Assembly (NCBI GenBank): GCA_950097015.1
Contig: CATNEN010000039.1
Location: 12,462,001 to 12,526,000, forward strand
DNA from: Macrostomum hystrix
Lineage: Eukaryota; Animalia; Platyhelminthes
Direction: 5' to 3'
DNA: 64,000 bases
Shown here: positions 60,759 through 64,000 of the stretch, piece by piece
Layout: each line of letters opens with the position of its first letter
How positions within the stretch are numbered: the stretch's first letter is position 1
Made by a program: the position numbers and the translations under genes
The notes under the pieces: model-generated
Database searches by the model: none
What the model was told of the DNA's origin: nothing
Seen by the model: only the letters and a program-made list of their open reading frames with translations

Positions 60759-63700
60759 TCGCAGCACGCGGAACTTGCCAGCAGTGTCGGCAATAATCCG
60801 AGCGATCGAAGCTCGTCAGAGAGGATTGCTACCGCTGGCGTGAGTCTAGACCAAGTTGGAACATCAAGTTCTAAAAGTTTCCATGTTAGTAGCTGCAGTA
60901 GCAGCTGCAGTAGCAGCAGAAGCAGCGGATTAGATAGTGACACCCTGCACCTAAGTAAGCAGCTTGAACAACAGCGGCGCAGAGTTGCTGACTTGGAAGA
61001 CACTTTAAAGAGCGCTAAGCAACGAGTCGCTTTTGTTGAGAGGAAGCTGATATTCGAAAAACGAAGAGAAAGACATTTAAATGAGTTGATGCTCAAATGC
61101 GTGAATCGATCGAAACGTTCAAGAAGAAAGAAAAAAGCTAAACCAAAGATATTAGAGGCTGCTGGTTATAAACACGTATCTTCCGAATTCGGAAACCAAC
61201 AATTGGTAATTAATGAGAGTTCCGATTCCAGTTCCACTATTGTTGAAGCTGATATGATCAGTGAGTTTAAAAGCAGAGGAGAAAATTTCTCTGAAAGTCC
61301 GCAAAGCCAGTTTTCGTCAGAAAGAAAAAACTGTATCATTGAGTCGGAGGCTAAAAAGGGGACGCCTGTGCGACATAACATTGAGAAGGGAAAAAACCGC
61401 CAAATATCAAGCAGAGACAGAGGCAGAGGCAGCAAGAAAGAGAAAAACAACAACGATTACAGAAAGAGAGGGAGGAGCTAGAACTATTCAAGGAGAGAGA
61501 AAAAAAAGAGCGATTACAGAACGAGAGACAAGGACAAGAGCGATTGCGGAAGGAGAGAGAAGAACAAGAGCGATTGCGGAAGGAGAGAGAAGAACAAGAG
61601 CGATTGCGGAAGGAGAGAGAAGAACAAGAACGGTTGCGGAAGGAGAGAGAAGAACAAGAACGGTTGCAGAAAGAGAGAGAAGAACAAGAACGGTTGCAGA
61701 AAGAGAGAGAAGAACAAGAGCGGTTGCGGAAGGAGAGAGAAGAACAAGAACGATTGCGGAAGGAGAGAGAAGAACAAGAACGGTTGCAGAAAGAGAGAGA
61801 AGAACAAGAACGGTTACAGAAAGAGAGAGAAGAACAAGAGCGATTGCGGAAGGAGAGAGAAGAACAAGAACAATTGCGGAAGGAGAGAGAAGAACAAGAA
61901 CGGTTGCAGAAAGAGAGAGAAGAACAAGAGCGATCGCAGGAGAGAGAAGAACAAGAACGGTTGCAGAAAGAGAGAGAAGAACAAGAGCGATCGCAGGAGA
62001 GAGAAGAACAAGAACGGTTGCAGAAAGAGAGAGAAGAACAGGAGCGATTGCGGAAAGAGAGAGAAGAACAAGAGCGATTGCGGAAGGAGAGAGAAGAACA
62101 AGAACGGTTGCAGAAAGAGAGAGAAGAACAAGAACGGTTGCAGAAAGAGAGAGAAGAACAAGAACGGTTGCAGAAAGAGAGAGAAGAACAAGAACGGTTA
62201 CAGAAAGAGAGAGAAGAACAAGAACGGTTGCAGAAAGAGAGAGAAGAACAAGAACGGTTACAGAAGGAGAGAGAAGAACAAGAGCGATTGCGGAAGGAGA
62301 GAGAAGAACAAGAGCGATTGCGGAAGGAGAGAGAAGAACAAGAGCGATTGCGGAAGGAGAGAGAAGAACAAGAACGGTTGCGGAAGGAGAGAGAAGAACA
62401 AGAACGATTGCGGAAGGAGAGAGAAGAACAAGAACGGTTGCAGAAAGAGAGAGAAGAACAAGAACGGTTGCAGAAAGAGAGAGAAGAACAAGAACGGTTG
62501 CGGATAGAGAGAGAAGAACAAGAACGGTTGCAGAAAGAGAGAGAAGAACAAGAACGGTTGCGGAAAGAGAGAGAAGAACAAGAACGGTTACGGAAAGAGA
62601 GAGAAGAACAAGAGCGATTGCGGAAGGAGAGAGAAGAACAAGAACGGTTGCAGAAAGAGAGAGAAGAACAAGAACGGTTGCAGAAAGAGAGAGAAGAACA
62701 AGAACGGTTGCAGAAAGAGAGAGAAGAACAAGAACGGTTGCAGAAAGAGAGAGAAGAACAAGAACGGTTGCAGAAAGAGAGAGAAGAACAAGAGCGATCG
62801 CAGGAGAGAGAAGAACAAGAACGGTTGCAGAAAGAGAGAGAAGAACAAGAGCGATCGCAGGAGAGAGAAGAACAAGAACGGTTGCAGAAAGAGAGAGAAG
62901 AAGAACAAGAACGATTATTTAATAATCGGCAATCAGGTTTGAATGCTGTTCAAAAGCAGAAATGTTTCTATGACCAAGGTAAATCTATTGTTTCAAGCAG
63001 AGCTGCCCAATTTGATTGCAACTCTTCCTTTTGCACCGTACCGGTGAAATGCTCTCACTGTGGCAGAGAACGGAACTATTCTGGTCGTATCGATGTTGTT
63101 CGCATAGAATGCGTATATCGTCTGTGCCTTCAAGCGACCTGTCTCAAATGTCGGAAGCCCTGGGAAGATGCACATGATTGCCAATCAAGCAAAGAAAATC
63201 TAAATAGTCGTATCTCTGGCTTATCCGAATACCAGACGCTCCTTCCTGAAAGCTTTTACAAATGTGCAGCGCACTCAGGATTTGTTTCGAAAAAAGATTT
63301 AAACTGTAACGAGCAGCTATTAAGAAAAGAAGAAAAAACTGAGCCATGGCGAAAGAGTAAAATGGAATCGCATCGACGAATTGATAAAACACAAGAGCGA
63401 CTGCAGAATGAGCGAGAAGAACAGGAGCGATTTCAGAAAGAGCGAGAAGAACAAGAACGACTGCAGAAAGAGCGAGAAGAACAAGAACGACTGCAGAAAG
63501 AGAGAGAAGAACAAGAACGACTGCAGAAAGAGAGAGAAGAACAAGAACGACTGCAGAAAGAGCGAGAAGAACAAGAACGACTGCAGAAAGAGCGAGAAGA
63601 ACAAGAACGACTGCAGAAAGGGCGAGAAGAACAAGAACGACTGCAGAAAGAGCGAGAAGAACAAGAACGACTGCAGAAAGAGAGAGAAGAACAAGAACGA

Positions 63701-64000
63701 CTGCAGAAAGAGAGAAGAACAAGAACGACTGCAGAAAGAGAGAGAAGAACAAGAACGGTTGCAGAAAGAGCGAGAAGAACAAGAGCGACTTCAGAAAGAG
63801 CAAGAAGAAGAACAAGAACTGTTGCAGAAAGAGAGAGAAGAACAAGAACGACTGCAGAAAGAGCGAGAAGAACAAGAACGACTGCAGAAAGAGCGAGAAG
63901 AACAAGAACGACTGCAGAAAGAGAGAGAAGAACAAGAACGACTGCAGAAAGAGCGAGAAGAACAAGAACGGTTGCAGAAAGAGCGAGAAGAACAAGAGCG
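60759..64000 (+). CDS. Coiled coil-SAH-IBR-SAH unit, copy 2 (runs off the window)
   Basis: Acceptor at 60757-60758; no premature stop at the site equivalent to 52030. After one -1 frame change at 61388-61397 the frame reads KQRQRQRQQEREKQQRLQKEREE...(KEREEQERLQ)~47-LFNNRQ...CSHCG...TCLKCRKPWEDAH. A 2-nt slip occurs near 63712. The upstream exon is not identified. Confidence 0.55.

Larger units (their letters stand above)
59041..64000 (+). repeat. Segmental duplication of ~50489-54250
   Basis: Near-identical unique sequence (AAGCTATTTTTTGTAC..., the exon after the satellite, the IBR-like block); differences are mainly repeat copy number. Confidence 0.92.

Noticed and set aside
61261-62922. 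553-aa ORF of RTRTVAERER repeats as a real protein
   Set aside because: It is an alternative frame of the KEREEQERLQ repeat; only the other frame continues into the IBR-like domain.

Overview
Eukaryotic, intron-containing animal DNA, most likely from a free-living flatworm such as Macrostomum. This is an inference from a platyhelminth-type EF-hand/dynein-light-chain (TAL) gene and from minisatellite-filled introns. The left 18 kb holds a small claudin/PMP22-like 4-TM gene, a BCL11-like C2H2 zinc-finger gene plus a paralogous exon at the window edge, a multi-exon CAMK/AMPK-related pseudokinase with a UBA-like domain, a TAL gene with a probable GC-AG intron, and an intronless Ser/Thr kinase. 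The 19-25 kb region is AT-rich, with a MITE and a hAT transposase relic. From 25.3 kb to the end is a head-to-tail (+ strand) array derived from HOIP/RNF31, the catalytic Met1-linear-ubiquitin ligase of LUBAC. One apparently intact three-exon HOIP (PUB-like, B-box, 2 NZF, UBA-like, RING1-IBR-RING2-LDD; catalytic GGCLHF and YLRD retained) is followed by about nine derived units, none of which keeps the catalytic motif. They comprise IBR-less RING1-deadRING2-LDD pseudo-ligases, B-box/NZF plus coiled-coil proteins, and long ER/K single-alpha-helix rods carrying isolated IBR-like fingers. The array shows recent exon shuffling and segmental duplication. Three tRNA-derived SINE families and many intronic minisatellites are scattered throughout. 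All gene models were spliced by eye and are unverified.
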